This document shows, one piece after another, positions 45,501 through 54,862 of a stretch of 64,000 nucleotides of DNA. This stretch comes from Naegleria gruberi (Eukaryota), in assembly GCA_000004985.1 (NCBI GenBank), contig GG738846.1. One strand, given 5' to 3'. A model generated the notes under the pieces. It made no database searches. It had not been told where the DNA came from and was given only the letters and a program-made list of their open reading frames with translations. A program made the translations under genes and the position numbers. Numbering within the stretch: the first letter of the stretch is position 1; every line of letters starts with the position of its first letter.

Positions 45501-48391
45501 AAGAGAACATGTTCTATTGGAACAAGAAGAGAAAACGGAAGAGCAAGAAGGAGGGGACGACCCACAAGATGATGAAGAGCCTTCAAAGAAGGAGATTAGA
45601 CATGAAATTCTTGGTTTATCTGGAATATTTTGTCCAGTTACCCTTAAAAACAGACGGTTACTCGTAAAAGGTGATAGTTCGTTGTGTGTTTCTTACAAAG
45701 GAAAACACTATGTGTTTGACACACAGGAGGCTATGGATGAGTTCATACTTAGACCACATATTTACACGTCTGAAATTAGGAATACAACAAGCAATATTTG
45801 GATGATTGGAGTGGATGAACAATCTTCATACTCAACTAAAATTAGTGAAACATTCTCCCTTCCAATTGTTAAACTTGATTTAGATTTTCTTGAAAAAATT
45901 GGTAGTGAAATAGACACTGTAATCGAGTATATTAAAGAACTGGAAAAACCTATTGAGCATCCTAAAAAAGAAAAATCTGATGATGAAGAGGAAGAAGAAG
46001 AGGAGGCTCCAGAAGAAGAAGACGACGAAACAGCTAAAGAAGAAAAAAGGTTAAGAAGGCTCTGTAATATCCTCAAGTTAGTTCTCAAAGATCAAAAATA
46101 TGTAAATGGCTACATTCTTACCTCGATTCCATTGGGAGAAGTCACAGAACCCATACTAAACATTTTGGATGAACTAGAAGTTTTCCCAACCTTGTTAATC
46201 AACTTTAAGGTAAACGAGGAACAGTACGTAAAGAAAAATTTTGACAAGAATTTCTCCCAATACAAACAACACCTCCTACAAAAGAAAATTGATAAGAGAA
46301 AGAAAAAGGAGCAAGCAAAAATAGATGTCAGATTGAAGAAGAAAAAAGAGGATGATGATAATGAAGAAACTCAACAAGAGGAAGAGGAAGAAGAACCAGT
46401 TAAAACTAAGGATGAAATATTAGAAGATGTACAAAAATCATACTCAGATGCTTTTGAAAAGACAGAAGAAATATCTAACAGATACCTAGGAAAACGATTT
46501 GTTGTAAGAGATTTTGATTCAGCAAAACCAGAGAGAGTGGTAATGAGACAAGTATTAGATTTCATTTATCTTATGAAAGACAAAAAGCAAATATTTGATT
46601 TTATCACAACATGTGACCACGATACGGCCATCAAACTAGTTTTCGAAGGTAGAAAAAAGCTAGGATTTGGATATTTTGATAAGGTAGACAAATTGCAACA
46701 GACCTCACAATACCCTAAAATGGAAGGTAATTTCTTAACAATATGCCAAGATGAGGACCCATTCCAATACGTAGAACCACCAAAACAAGAGGAAGTTGCT
46801 CCTCAACAACCTGAAGAAAAGTCAAACAATGAAGAAAACCAAGACGAGGAACAAACTGATGAAGAAAAACAAGATGATGACGAACAGAATGAAGAAGAAA
46901 AGAACGAAGAAGAGGGAGATGAGCAAGAGGAAAAGGATGGTGATGAAGAGAATGAAGATGTTTCGGTAAAAAAGACTGTCAAGCCCCCAAAACCTGAAAT
47001 AAGCTTCCCAGTAGTTGTGAATAATCTTGTATTTTTCTTCAAAACAGAAAAGAATAGAGAAATCTTCCTTAAAGAGAGAACTAGACTGATAGAAACTGAA
47101 ATTGATCAAAAAGAATTCCGACCAAAAATCTTACTGTATGGAGGAGATCCGGAAAAAAGAGAAATACTTGCTAGAAAAGTTGCTGCTAAACTTGGTTGCA
47201 CTTATGTGAGTTGTCTTGAAATAGTACAAACTTTCATGAAGTATCAGACAGCAATAGGCAACCAATTTAGAAGTGAAGAAAATCCATTCCCTGAAGGTGA
47301 TGATCTTCTTTCCTATTTGAAACGTAGACTCAACCACTTTGACTGTGTGGTAAATGGTTTTATTATAGATGGTATTTTCCCAACCTATGAAGATATTAAG
47401 GAGTTTGCCAAAAAAGGTGACATTATTGATAAGGTTTTCTTTTTGGATAACCGAGAGTAAGTTTTTACAATTTCCATTCACAATAACCTGTTCTCATAGT
47501 AGCACAACTGTATCAAACGATGAGAGACAAATTGAAACATTATTCGAAATGGAAAGACCTTTCACAACCATAAGATTGGGAATACTTCCTGATTGGAGCT
47601 TAGTCTCTAGCATTGAAAGAGCTGTCACCAATACTCTACACAGACAATACAACTTTTTTGTCAACTCTTCCAAGAAGGAAATACCTGCCCCAATATTTGA
47701 TATTGGTATGGATTCTGATTTTTTCAGTGACCACATTTCAAGATTTAAAACATACTGTCCAGTCAAGTTTGTGGATGAGGGAATTCTTTTTGATACCATT
47801 ACAGACAGAACCCACACGAACAGATGTTTCTATGAGGATAAGATTTATTGTTTTAGTGATTCAAATGTCATGCAGATGTTTGTTTCAAACTATCACAAAT
47901 ACACAGACAAGAACATCAAGTTCCCAGAAGAATTACCACACGAGGTTAATGATATGCACTTGAGACATGTTTCTGAACTTCAAGAAGAGGAATACGATGA
48001 TAAGATTGCAGGTCAATATGGTTATTTGGGATTCTGTCCAATATTATTATCCTTGGGAATGGTTGTGTGGGGGAAATCCAGATTTTCTATCAAATATAAG
48101 GGTAAACTCTATAGGACGTACTCTAGTGAGGGACGAATCAAGTTTATGCAAAAACCATGGGAGTTTGTTTCCTTACAACTTCCAACCAAGTTGCCAGTCA
48201 GACAAAGAGATTGGCCAAATCTAGGAGTAGTGGAATACCTTGAAGAAAGTGTTGAAAAACTTGTTTCTTCTTCAGTTCTTGAATTGGCCAAAGTAAGACC
48301 ACTGTATAAAGGGTTGACAGTTAAGGAATCTGCAATCAAACATTTGGCCATTCTGTTGAAAAAGAATAACAAAAAATTAGAGAGCAAATAA
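42516..48391 (+). CDS. AK9: Adenylate kinase 9 (AK9/AKD1) ortholog: multi-AK-domain protein with repeated single-Cys YHS-like CPV...Y.G..Y.F.S.E..F...P..Y modules; 7 exons, 1869 aa
   Basis: Exons 42516..42653, 42700..43474, 43524..43639, 43686..44266, 44304..44797, 44843..47456, 47500..48391; total 5610 nt, all phases consistent. Introns 42654..42699, 43475..43523, 43640..43685, 44267..44303 (37 nt, short), 44798..44842, 47457..47499, each GTAAGT/GTATGT..AG. It merges five track ORFs; ORF 44311..44808 has no Met at all, so it must be an internal exon. Features: a P-loop at the exon 2/3 junction (LIIGDSF-SGKGHIGKQIS) and an AK LID-like GYILEWGTIDSEI. Four modules resemble the repeated modules of human AK9: KYCPVRFHIDRAIVEGNIPALYRGRLYLLSTKEYQNEFINNPRYY, IFCPVTLKNRRLLVKGDSSLCVSYKGKHYVFDTQEAMDEFILRPHIY, TYCPVKFVDEGILFD...YEDKIYCFSDSNVMQMFVSNYHKY and GFCPILLSLGMVVWGKSRFSIKYKGKLYRTYSSEGRIKFMQKPWEFV. 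Acidic E/D-rich linkers lie between modules. Confidence 0.75.
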
Positions 48392-48432
48392 AAGGAAAAT
48401 ATGATTTAATTCACCTTCAAGTTTTAAAAAAA

Positions 48433-49209
48433 ATGTTTCGTGATTTTGGCAGCAAGGCAGGCAGTGGTGGGCAACAAAGTGCCTCCTTGGCCAATGTTGA
48501 TCGGAGAGAAAGACAAACTCAACTAGCATTGGAAAATATTGATTTGGAAAAGGATCCATACATTATGAAAAATCACATTGGAAAATATGAATGTAAATTA
48601 TGTTTAACCCAACACAATACAATTGGAAACTATATGGCTCACACGCAAGGAAGAAGACACAAATATAACTTACACAAGAGAATTGCTGCGGATCAAAAGG
48701 ATACACCAATCAAGGGAATCCAAAAGCAAGAGAAAATGTTTAAAAAGACATTAAAAATTGGAAGACCTGGATATACAGTCTCCAAGAAAATTAATCCAGA
48801 AACTAAGCAAAAATCTCTCATCTTTGTGATACAATACCCTGAAATTGATAAAGAGTTACAACCTAGGTTTAGAATAATGAGTTCATATGAACAAAAACAG
48901 GAACCCCCAAATCCAAAATATCAATATTTATTATTTGCTGCGGATCCATACGAAACAATTGCTTTCAAAATTCCAAACAAACCAATCGATAGAGGTGAAG
49001 GTAAATTTATAACAGAGTGGGATAAAGATACCTATTCCATGACACTAAAGTTGCACTTCCAAAAAGAAGACCAAAAACAAATTCCAAAGATTCCTCCTCC
49101 TTCTGCAAAACTTCCTCCTCCACCTTCAAGTTTAGGTACAAGGAAACTAGCATTACCTGGCAAGGTTATTCCTCCACCTCCAATTAATGCACCACTCCGA
49201 AAGCAATAA
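48433..49209 (+). CDS. SF3A2: Splicing factor 3A subunit 2 (SF3a66/Prp11)
   Basis: ATG in AAAAAAAATG context. Matrin-type C2H2 zinc finger YECKLCLTQHNTIGNYMAHTQGRRHKYNL and the conserved SF3A2 core (KIGRPGY, LLFAADPYETIAFKIPN, ITEWDKDTY) are followed by a P-rich tail. Confidence 0.9.
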   Translation: MFRDFGSKAGSGGQQSASLANVDRRERQTQLALENIDLEKDPYIMKNHIGKYECKLCLTQHNTIGNYMAHTQGRRHKYNLHKRIAADQKDTPIKGIQKQEKMFKKTLKIGRPGYTVSKKINPETKQKSLIFVIQYPEIDKELQPRFRIMSSYEQKQEPPNPKYQYLLFAADPYETIAFKIPNKPIDRGEGKFITEWDKDTYSMTLKLHFQKEDQKQIPKIPPPSAKLPPPPSSLGTRKLALPGKVIPPPPINAPLRKQ

Positions 49210-49551
49210 TTAATCTCTAGTTTTTACTACATTTTGTTTGAATTGTTGGAAAGTTCTTGTTAATGATGTTAATTCCTTGTTGATGTTTTGTATTTCAGTT
49301 TCAATCTTTTCCTTGTCTGTCCTTTTTTCTAATTTCACTTCATCAGCCTTTCTCAGAAAATAAATATTACTTTTTTGTGTGTATAATGTTTTTGCTTTGT
49401 TTCCTTTCAATTCATAATCCAATAAAGTTTCTAGAGTGTACAATTTATTTTCCAAATCTTGTTGTTTTTGTTGTAAATCTGGCATTCTGATCCAAGCATC
49501 AACGTTTTTGAAAAAATCCTCTTCCGAAGATGATAATTGTCTGGTGGCCAT
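49210..49551 (-). CDS. Hypothetical small coiled-coil protein, 113 aa
   Basis: ORF MATRQLSSSEEDFFKNVDAWIRMPDLQQKQQDLENKLYTLETLL... is predicted coiled-coil with no TM. Its stop codon abuts the SF3A2 stop (convergent genes with zero intergenic spacer). Family not recognised; a prefoldin- or BLOC-1-like subunit is possible. Confidence 0.4.
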   Translation of the reverse strand: MATRQLSSSEEDFFKNVDAWIRMPDLQQKQQDLENKLYTLETLLDYELKGNKAKTLYTQKSNIYFLRKADEVKLEKRTDKEKIETEIQNINKELTSLTRTFQQFKQNVVKTRD

Positions 49552-49601
49552 TTTTTTAATTTAAAAATTTAATTTAAAAATAATAAAGTATTGAAAATAA
49601 T

Positions 49602-51602
49602 TTAATTGTCTTGCTCGTTCTTATTTTTCTTAGAATTGAGTTTTTGAATGACTCTGAATGGAACACCTCCCAATTCAAATTCATCTCTAATGGCATTAAT
49701 AATTTGTCTTTCAAAGTTGGTTGGGAACTTTTTGTTGGAGGTGTGAATGCAGAAAGTTGGAGGTCTAATGGCTACCTGTGAAATGTATCTCACTTTTGGA
49801 TAACTTTGAGGAATTGGTTTGGTTTCCAAGTATTGTCTGATAAATGTATTGAGTTGATGTGTAGAAATCTTTGAAGACCACTTTCTATAAGATTTCTCAC
49901 ATTCTTTGAGGAGGAGTGATAGGTTTTTACCAGTCTTTGCAGAACATACCACAACTGAAATGCCTTGCATTTGAGAGAGTGAGCTTTCAATTTGAGATTC
50001 AATTTGTTGAGCAACAACGTATGGATTTTTGACCATATCCCATTTGTTGCAAGCAATAACAAGAGATCTACCTTCCTTTTCAACCATTCTTGCAATGTCT
50101 AAATCTTGTTGGGTCAGCCCATAACCCTCACCACTGATATTATGTGTTGGATCAACAACGAGACAGCACACATTAGCATACTTGATAGTTCTGTAAGTAT
50201 CTTTTAGAGACATTTGTTCAATACGATCTGTGTCTGTATGTTTCTTTTTTCTGATACCAGCAGTGTCACAAATTAAGTAATGCTGACCGGTCTTTTCATT
50301 GATTGCTTCAACTTCAATTGTGTCACGTGTGGTTCCTGGTGTGCTTGAAGTACGAGTTCTTTCCTCACCAATTAAATGGTTCAAAAGAGTACTCTTTCCA
50401 ACATTGGATCTACCAATGATGGCCAATCTCATAATGTTATCCTCCTTCATACCACTGGAATTTACAAGTTCTTGCGGCTCTTCTGCTTCTTCCATTTCTT
50501 CTTCAACGTCTTCTTGTTCTTGTTGAACTACCTTTGGAGCTGGTGCAACATTTTCTTGTCTATAGTTTTGAGGTTTTGAACCCAAATTTTCAATATCTTT
50601 ATGGGTAATCTTGACTGTTTCAGTAAAATCACGTGAACTAGGTACGGTTGGTAAATTTTCCCATTCACCCTTAAAGTCTCTAGGTTGGAAGAAATTAGTT
50701 TCATTATTTTCGTCGGCTAGATCATATTCAGATTCACACATGACTCCATCATCGAGCGTAATGTAATCACCATCATTCTTAGACACCCTACTTTGATTAA
50801 TTGACTCAATGACAGATTGGTATAATTCATCTCTAGTTTTTTGTAATGTTTCCTCGTTTAAACTTTCAGTCAAAAAATGATAAGATTGAATTGCTGAAAC
50901 AATTTGATCCATTCCAATTTTCATTTCACTTGAAATTGGAATAGGCTTTCCTAGTGAAGGTATAGTATTTTTGGAAATAACTTCTTCCAATTCATCAGAA
51001 TCTCCTCTCATTAATGGGCCATCACACTTGTTCAAAATATGAAGGGCTGGAATTCCTTTCATTTCCAAATAATTGGCAACATGATAATCCCACTTTTGAA
51101 GTCCATCACGACAATCAGTTACCAATAAGGCAACATTTGAGCTAGCAATACTATCCTGAGTTTGTTGAATAATAGACTCCATAAAGTTTGCTCCAGGAGT
51201 ATCAATGAATGTACATGAAATCTTCTTGATGAGTCTCTTTCTTGCCTTTTTATCAAAAACAACTTCGGACACATTCATTGGATATTTCAATTTGATTTGT
51301 GTTTTTGCTTCTTGACAATCTCTTGTAACACCAGGAGAATTGTGAACAATAGAATGTTGTCTTCCCAATAGAGAATTAAATAATGTACTCTTTCCAACAT
51401 TTTCTCTTCCGATAATAGCAACCCTAAGATTCTTCTTACTTCTCACCATTTTCAATACTTTTCCTGCATAGCTACTTGTTGAATTGTCGTCAAAAGTTTT
51501 CATATTCCCTGAAGCTGATGATGATTTACTGGTCATTCTTCTTCCGAGTTGATGAACAACTTGACCAAGCATTGTCGAATTCCCTCCATTCAATAGTTTC
51601 AT
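49602..51602 (-). CDS. Der/EngA-type double-GTPase (ribosome biogenesis GTPase, probably organellar)
   Basis: Likely start ATG 51602..51600 in AAAAAAATG context (MKLLNGG...); the track starts 18 codons upstream. Two tandem Era-like G domains (VAIIGRENVGKSTLFNSLLG...TRD and LAIIGRSNVGKSTLLNHLIG..TPGTTRD), an acidic linker and a C-terminal KH-like domain. The N-terminal region is presequence-like. Confidence 0.9.
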   Translation of the reverse strand: MKLLNGGNSTMLGQVVHQLGRRMTSKSSSASGNMKTFDDNSTSSYAGKVLKMVRSKKNLRVAIIGRENVGKSTLFNSLLGRQHSIVHNSPGVTRDCQEAKTQIKLKYPMNVSEVVFDKKARKRLIKKISCTFIDTPGANFMESIIQQTQDSIASSNVALLVTDCRDGLQKWDYHVANYLEMKGIPALHILNKCDGPLMRGDSDELEEVISKNTIPSLGKPIPISSEMKIGMDQIVSAIQSYHFLTESLNEETLQKTRDELYQSVIESINQSRVSKNDGDYITLDDGVMCESEYDLADENNETNFFQPRDFKGEWENLPTVPSSRDFTETVKITHKDIENLGSKPQNYRQENVAPAPKVVQQEQEDVEEEMEEAEEPQELVNSSGMKEDNIMRLAIIGRSNVGKSTLLNHLIGEERTRTSSTPGTTRDTIEVEAINEKTGQHYLICDTAGIRKKKHTDTDRIEQMSLKDTYRTIKYANVCCLVVDPTHNISGEGYGLTQQDLDIARMVEKEGRSLVIACNKWDMVKNPYVVAQQIESQIESSLSQMQGISVVVCSAKTGKNLSLLLKECEKSYRKWSSKISTHQLNTFIRQYLETKPIPQSYPKVRYISQVAIRPPTFCIHTSNKKFPTNFERQIINAIRDEFELGGVPFRVIQKLNSKKNKNEQDN

Positions 51603-51756
51603 TTTTTTATTCGAGGTTTTTTGATTGAATAATGATATTATTATCAAATAAAACAATGAAATACATCATAGTATTTATAATATGAATTTTAATCTATTTT
51701 TCTCATTAGCTATTATAAAAAGTTGTCTAATATTAATTAATGTAACAATTAAAAAA

Positions 51757-53064
51757 ATGAATCTGAGAAGGATTTCATCTTCACTGTTATTGTTTAAAAA
51801 AACAAAGGAATCATCGTCATCATCATTGCGGTGTGGATATCATCAATGTAGTGCAAATAATAATATTGGAGTAAATTCCCAAATGATGAATAGTGTTACA
51901 ACATCAATATTTCCGAATAATAAGAAGTTTAAACAAAATAATAATAATAATAATACAGAGAGCATACGTAATTTAATTCTAAAACATGCTCGATTGGGTC
52001 AAGTGAAACAAGTATTGGAATTACTCTCTCGTATTACATTACCAAAAAATTCACCGAATGACAAGATTAAAGAAATTGAATTGGAAAAGGAAAATATAAT
52101 CCATACACTCATGTTGGCCTATGCTAAGAAGGGCTCACTTCACAAGACTGAAATTCTCTTTAGAAAATTACAAAATCCAACACTTAAATGTTATACAATA
52201 TTGTTGGGAGTATATGCAGAAAAGGGATTAATAGATAAGGTTAAACAATTGTTTTCCAAAATTGAAAAACCAGATCAAGCATGTTATGTTGTATTAATGA
52301 ATACTTACTCGAAATTGGGCATGTTTGACAAGATTCAAAACATTTATTCCAATATTTATTACAAGTTGTTGAATTCCAAATCCTTGGAAGGCAACAATGA
52401 AACCAAGAGTGGAAATGAATTACTAGTAGATTTGACCCAAGTTATCAAGAGTAATTATAAGGAAGAATGCAAGGAATTTAAATATTATAAGGATATATTT
52501 ATAGTTGTTTCGGGATTCAAAATGTATTACCACTTGAAAAAGAAGGAATATTTACTAGTTGAAGACACATTCGCTAAAGCTAGGGAATTTATTAATAACG
52601 ATAACATTAATATTCTGAATGTTTACCTACAATCACTAATTCATAGAAACACTAGTATAGAACAAATTGAACACTTTATTAAGAATTCTATTCGAAATCC
52701 TGACCATGTTACATATCATTTATTAATGGTTTACTATCACAAATTGAAAAATTATGACAAGGTAGAAAAGTTATACAAGGCAGTAACTCAACTCGACGAT
52801 ATTGATACACAAAAGAGAAATTATTTTGATGCCATGATTATGACAATGTTTTATGAAAGAGAAATGTTTGATAAGGTTGAAAAGATTTTCAGACAAATCA
52901 AATCTCCAGATTACAAATGTTATTTGATTTTGATGAGATGTTACCTCAAACAAATGGATTCAGATAAAATGATTCAACTCTTCAAGGAAATGCCAAACGA
53001 ATTGGTTAATGACAATCTGGTTACAGAGATGATGCAAATGACTCTCCATGCAAATAGGAAATAA
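51757..53064 (+). CDS. Pentatricopeptide-repeat (PPR) protein, probably mitochondrial
   Basis: Likely start ATG 51757 in AAAAAAAATG context (MNLRRISSSLLLFKK..., presequence-like). Several 35-aa PPR-like units (e.g. CYTILLGVYAEKGLIDKVKQLFSKIEKPDQACYVVLMNTYSKLGMFDKIQNIY). It is transcribed divergently from the Der GTPase gene with about 155 nt between the start codons. Confidence 0.7.
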   Translation: MNLRRISSSLLLFKKTKESSSSSLRCGYHQCSANNNIGVNSQMMNSVTTSIFPNNKKFKQNNNNNNTESIRNLILKHARLGQVKQVLELLSRITLPKNSPNDKIKEIELEKENIIHTLMLAYAKKGSLHKTEILFRKLQNPTLKCYTILLGVYAEKGLIDKVKQLFSKIEKPDQACYVVLMNTYSKLGMFDKIQNIYSNIYYKLLNSKSLEGNNETKSGNELLVDLTQVIKSNYKEECKEFKYYKDIFIVVSGFKMYYHLKKKEYLLVEDTFAKAREFINNDNINILNVYLQSLIHRNTSIEQIEHFIKNSIRNPDHVTYHLLMVYYHKLKNYDKVEKLYKAVTQLDDIDTQKRNYFDAMIMTMFYEREMFDKVEKIFRQIKSPDYKCYLILMRCYLKQMDSDKMIQLFKEMPNELVNDNLVTEMMQMTLHANRK

Positions 53065-53204
53065 ATGATATTCAAGACTACAATTTTTTAAATAGTTAAT
53101 AAATTTATTGTGATTTTACAATATTAGTTATTAGTATTTTATTATTTATTATATTTATTATTTAAATTTTAATGCACACAAAGATTGGCGCCAAGATTAA
53201 AAAA

Positions 53205-53938
53205 ATGCCGCCAAGAAGAAGAGCATCATCAGACGAAGATGATAACATCAGGCTAAGTGGTTTTCCTCAGACTATGACTAGTTCGCAGAGAATGCAACAG
53301 ACTAGAATAACACCAACAGGTCAATTGACAACAGCATCTTCATCAAGAACAGGAGCTGCTTCCAGTAGTTCTACCACAAGGAGACCAACAACTGCTAGCA
53401 GAACAACACGATCATCCGAGAGTGATGATGAAAGATCTAGTGGTGATGATACACCACCACCAAGAACGACACCATCCCGACAAAAAGCCACAACAACAAC
53501 ACCAGCAAGAAATTCTGCAGGTGTGCAAAAACAGAAAAAGACAACAACATCAAAATCCACAGCTAGAAGACCACCTAGTGGACCAAAGAGAAGACCTGGA
53601 GAAAAGGCTTTGGCAGAAATTAGAAGATATCAAAAAACTACACATACACTTATTCCCAAATTAACATTTGCTCGTTTGGTGAAGGAAATTTCGGAAATGG
53701 TTGCTGTGAATAGTCGTCTGAGGTGGCAAGCCCATGCTATTGATGCTGTGCAAACAGCTGCTGAGGATTATTTGATACACTTGTTTGAAGATTCGTATGT
53801 ATTTCAATATCATTATTCTTAATTGACCTTTTCAGAAATTTATGTGCCTCTCACGCAAAACGAGTTACCATTATGGTAAAAGATATTCAACTTACGAGAA
53901 GAATTAGAGGTGTAGCCAGAGAAGCTGTCTACCATTAG
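53205..53938 (+). CDS. Histone H3 variant with a long S/T/R-rich N-terminal tail, likely CenH3 (centromeric H3); 2 exons
   Basis: Exon 1 is 53205 (AAAAAAATG; an upstream ATG is at 53172)..53794. Intron 53795..53835 (GTATGT..TTTTCAG, 41 nt, phase 2). Exon 2 is 53836..53938. Spliced histone fold: ...[102 protein letters not shown]. It is divergent from canonical H3 (..LIRKLPFQRLVREIAQ...[33 protein letters not shown]) and has a tail of about 140 aa. Confidence 0.7.
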
Positions 53939-54277
53939 TTCAATCCTAGTGCTCTTAATACTTCACTTAGTATTAACACGAACATTTGTGAAAATTTTGT
54001 AAATTAAACACCAAAATAGAATGGGGCTGGCTGTGACATTAAAGTTAGGTAATCAAGCTATTCCACTAAGAAACTCAAAATAACAACTAGTTTAATAAAT
54101 TTCTTTTTTATTGTAAATTGTGTGAATGGTGATTGAAAATTAGTAGAAACAAAATCTTAACCTAAATGGGATACCTCCATAATGGATGAAAAGTATATGA
54201 GTAATATCAAATGTTGTATATTGTACTATAGTGATGTTCGTTTAAATACATCTCCTAAAATTGTTGTTGTAATAAAT

Positions 54278-54745
54278 TTAAATGTTTTCCTTTTCAGCAT
54301 AGACTGCATCGGTTCCGAGTAAATCCAATGGAATTGGTTGTTGGGCCTCATATGTATGGACATCTTCTGGGAAGATATGTACTCTGCTCATTTTCAGTTT
54401 TCTCGTAGTACTATTACTCTTTGGAAGCATTCTCTTGATGGCTGTTTCCAAGACATATGTTGGGAATCGTTCATGTCTTTGTTCAGCAGTGTATTCCTTT
54501 AATCCACCAGCATATCCAGTGTGCCATCTATACATTTTACGCTTCCATTTATCACCAGTGAGAGCAACATGTTTAGCATTAACAATAACAACGTGGTCTC
54601 CACATTCTTGTCCGAGATGAGGCGAATAAATTGGTTTATGTTTACCCATCAAAATAGGTACAATCTTTGAGGCCAATCTACCAGCAATTTGGTTCTTGGC
54701 ATCAATGAGATAAAAAAGTTTTTGTCCTGTAACAACAGTGTTCAT
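54278..54745 (-). CDS. MRPL13: Mitochondrial ribosomal protein uL13m (bacterial-type L13)
   Basis: ATG in AAAAAAAATG context. Resembles bacterial L13 along its full length (..IDA..Q.AGRLAS.I...L.GKHKP.Y.PH...GD.V.V.NA..V..TG.K...K.Y..HTGY.GG...LPK...). Confidence 0.9.
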   Translation of the reverse strand: MNTVVTGQKLFYLIDAKNQIAGRLASKIVPILMGKHKPIYSPHLGQECGDHVVIVNAKHVALTGDKWKRKMYRWHTGYAGGLKEYTAEQRHERFPTYVLETAIKRMLPKSNSTTRKLKMSRVHIFPEDVHTYEAQQPIPLDLLGTDAVYAEKENI

Positions 54746-54862
54746 TTTTTTTGAATTATTTTTATTTTTAATTAATTAATCAATTTTCGTTTTTCATTTG
54801 AAAAATATTAACCATCCTGATTCTGCAGGATTCATATTGGAGCTAACTTTATTGAGACTTTA

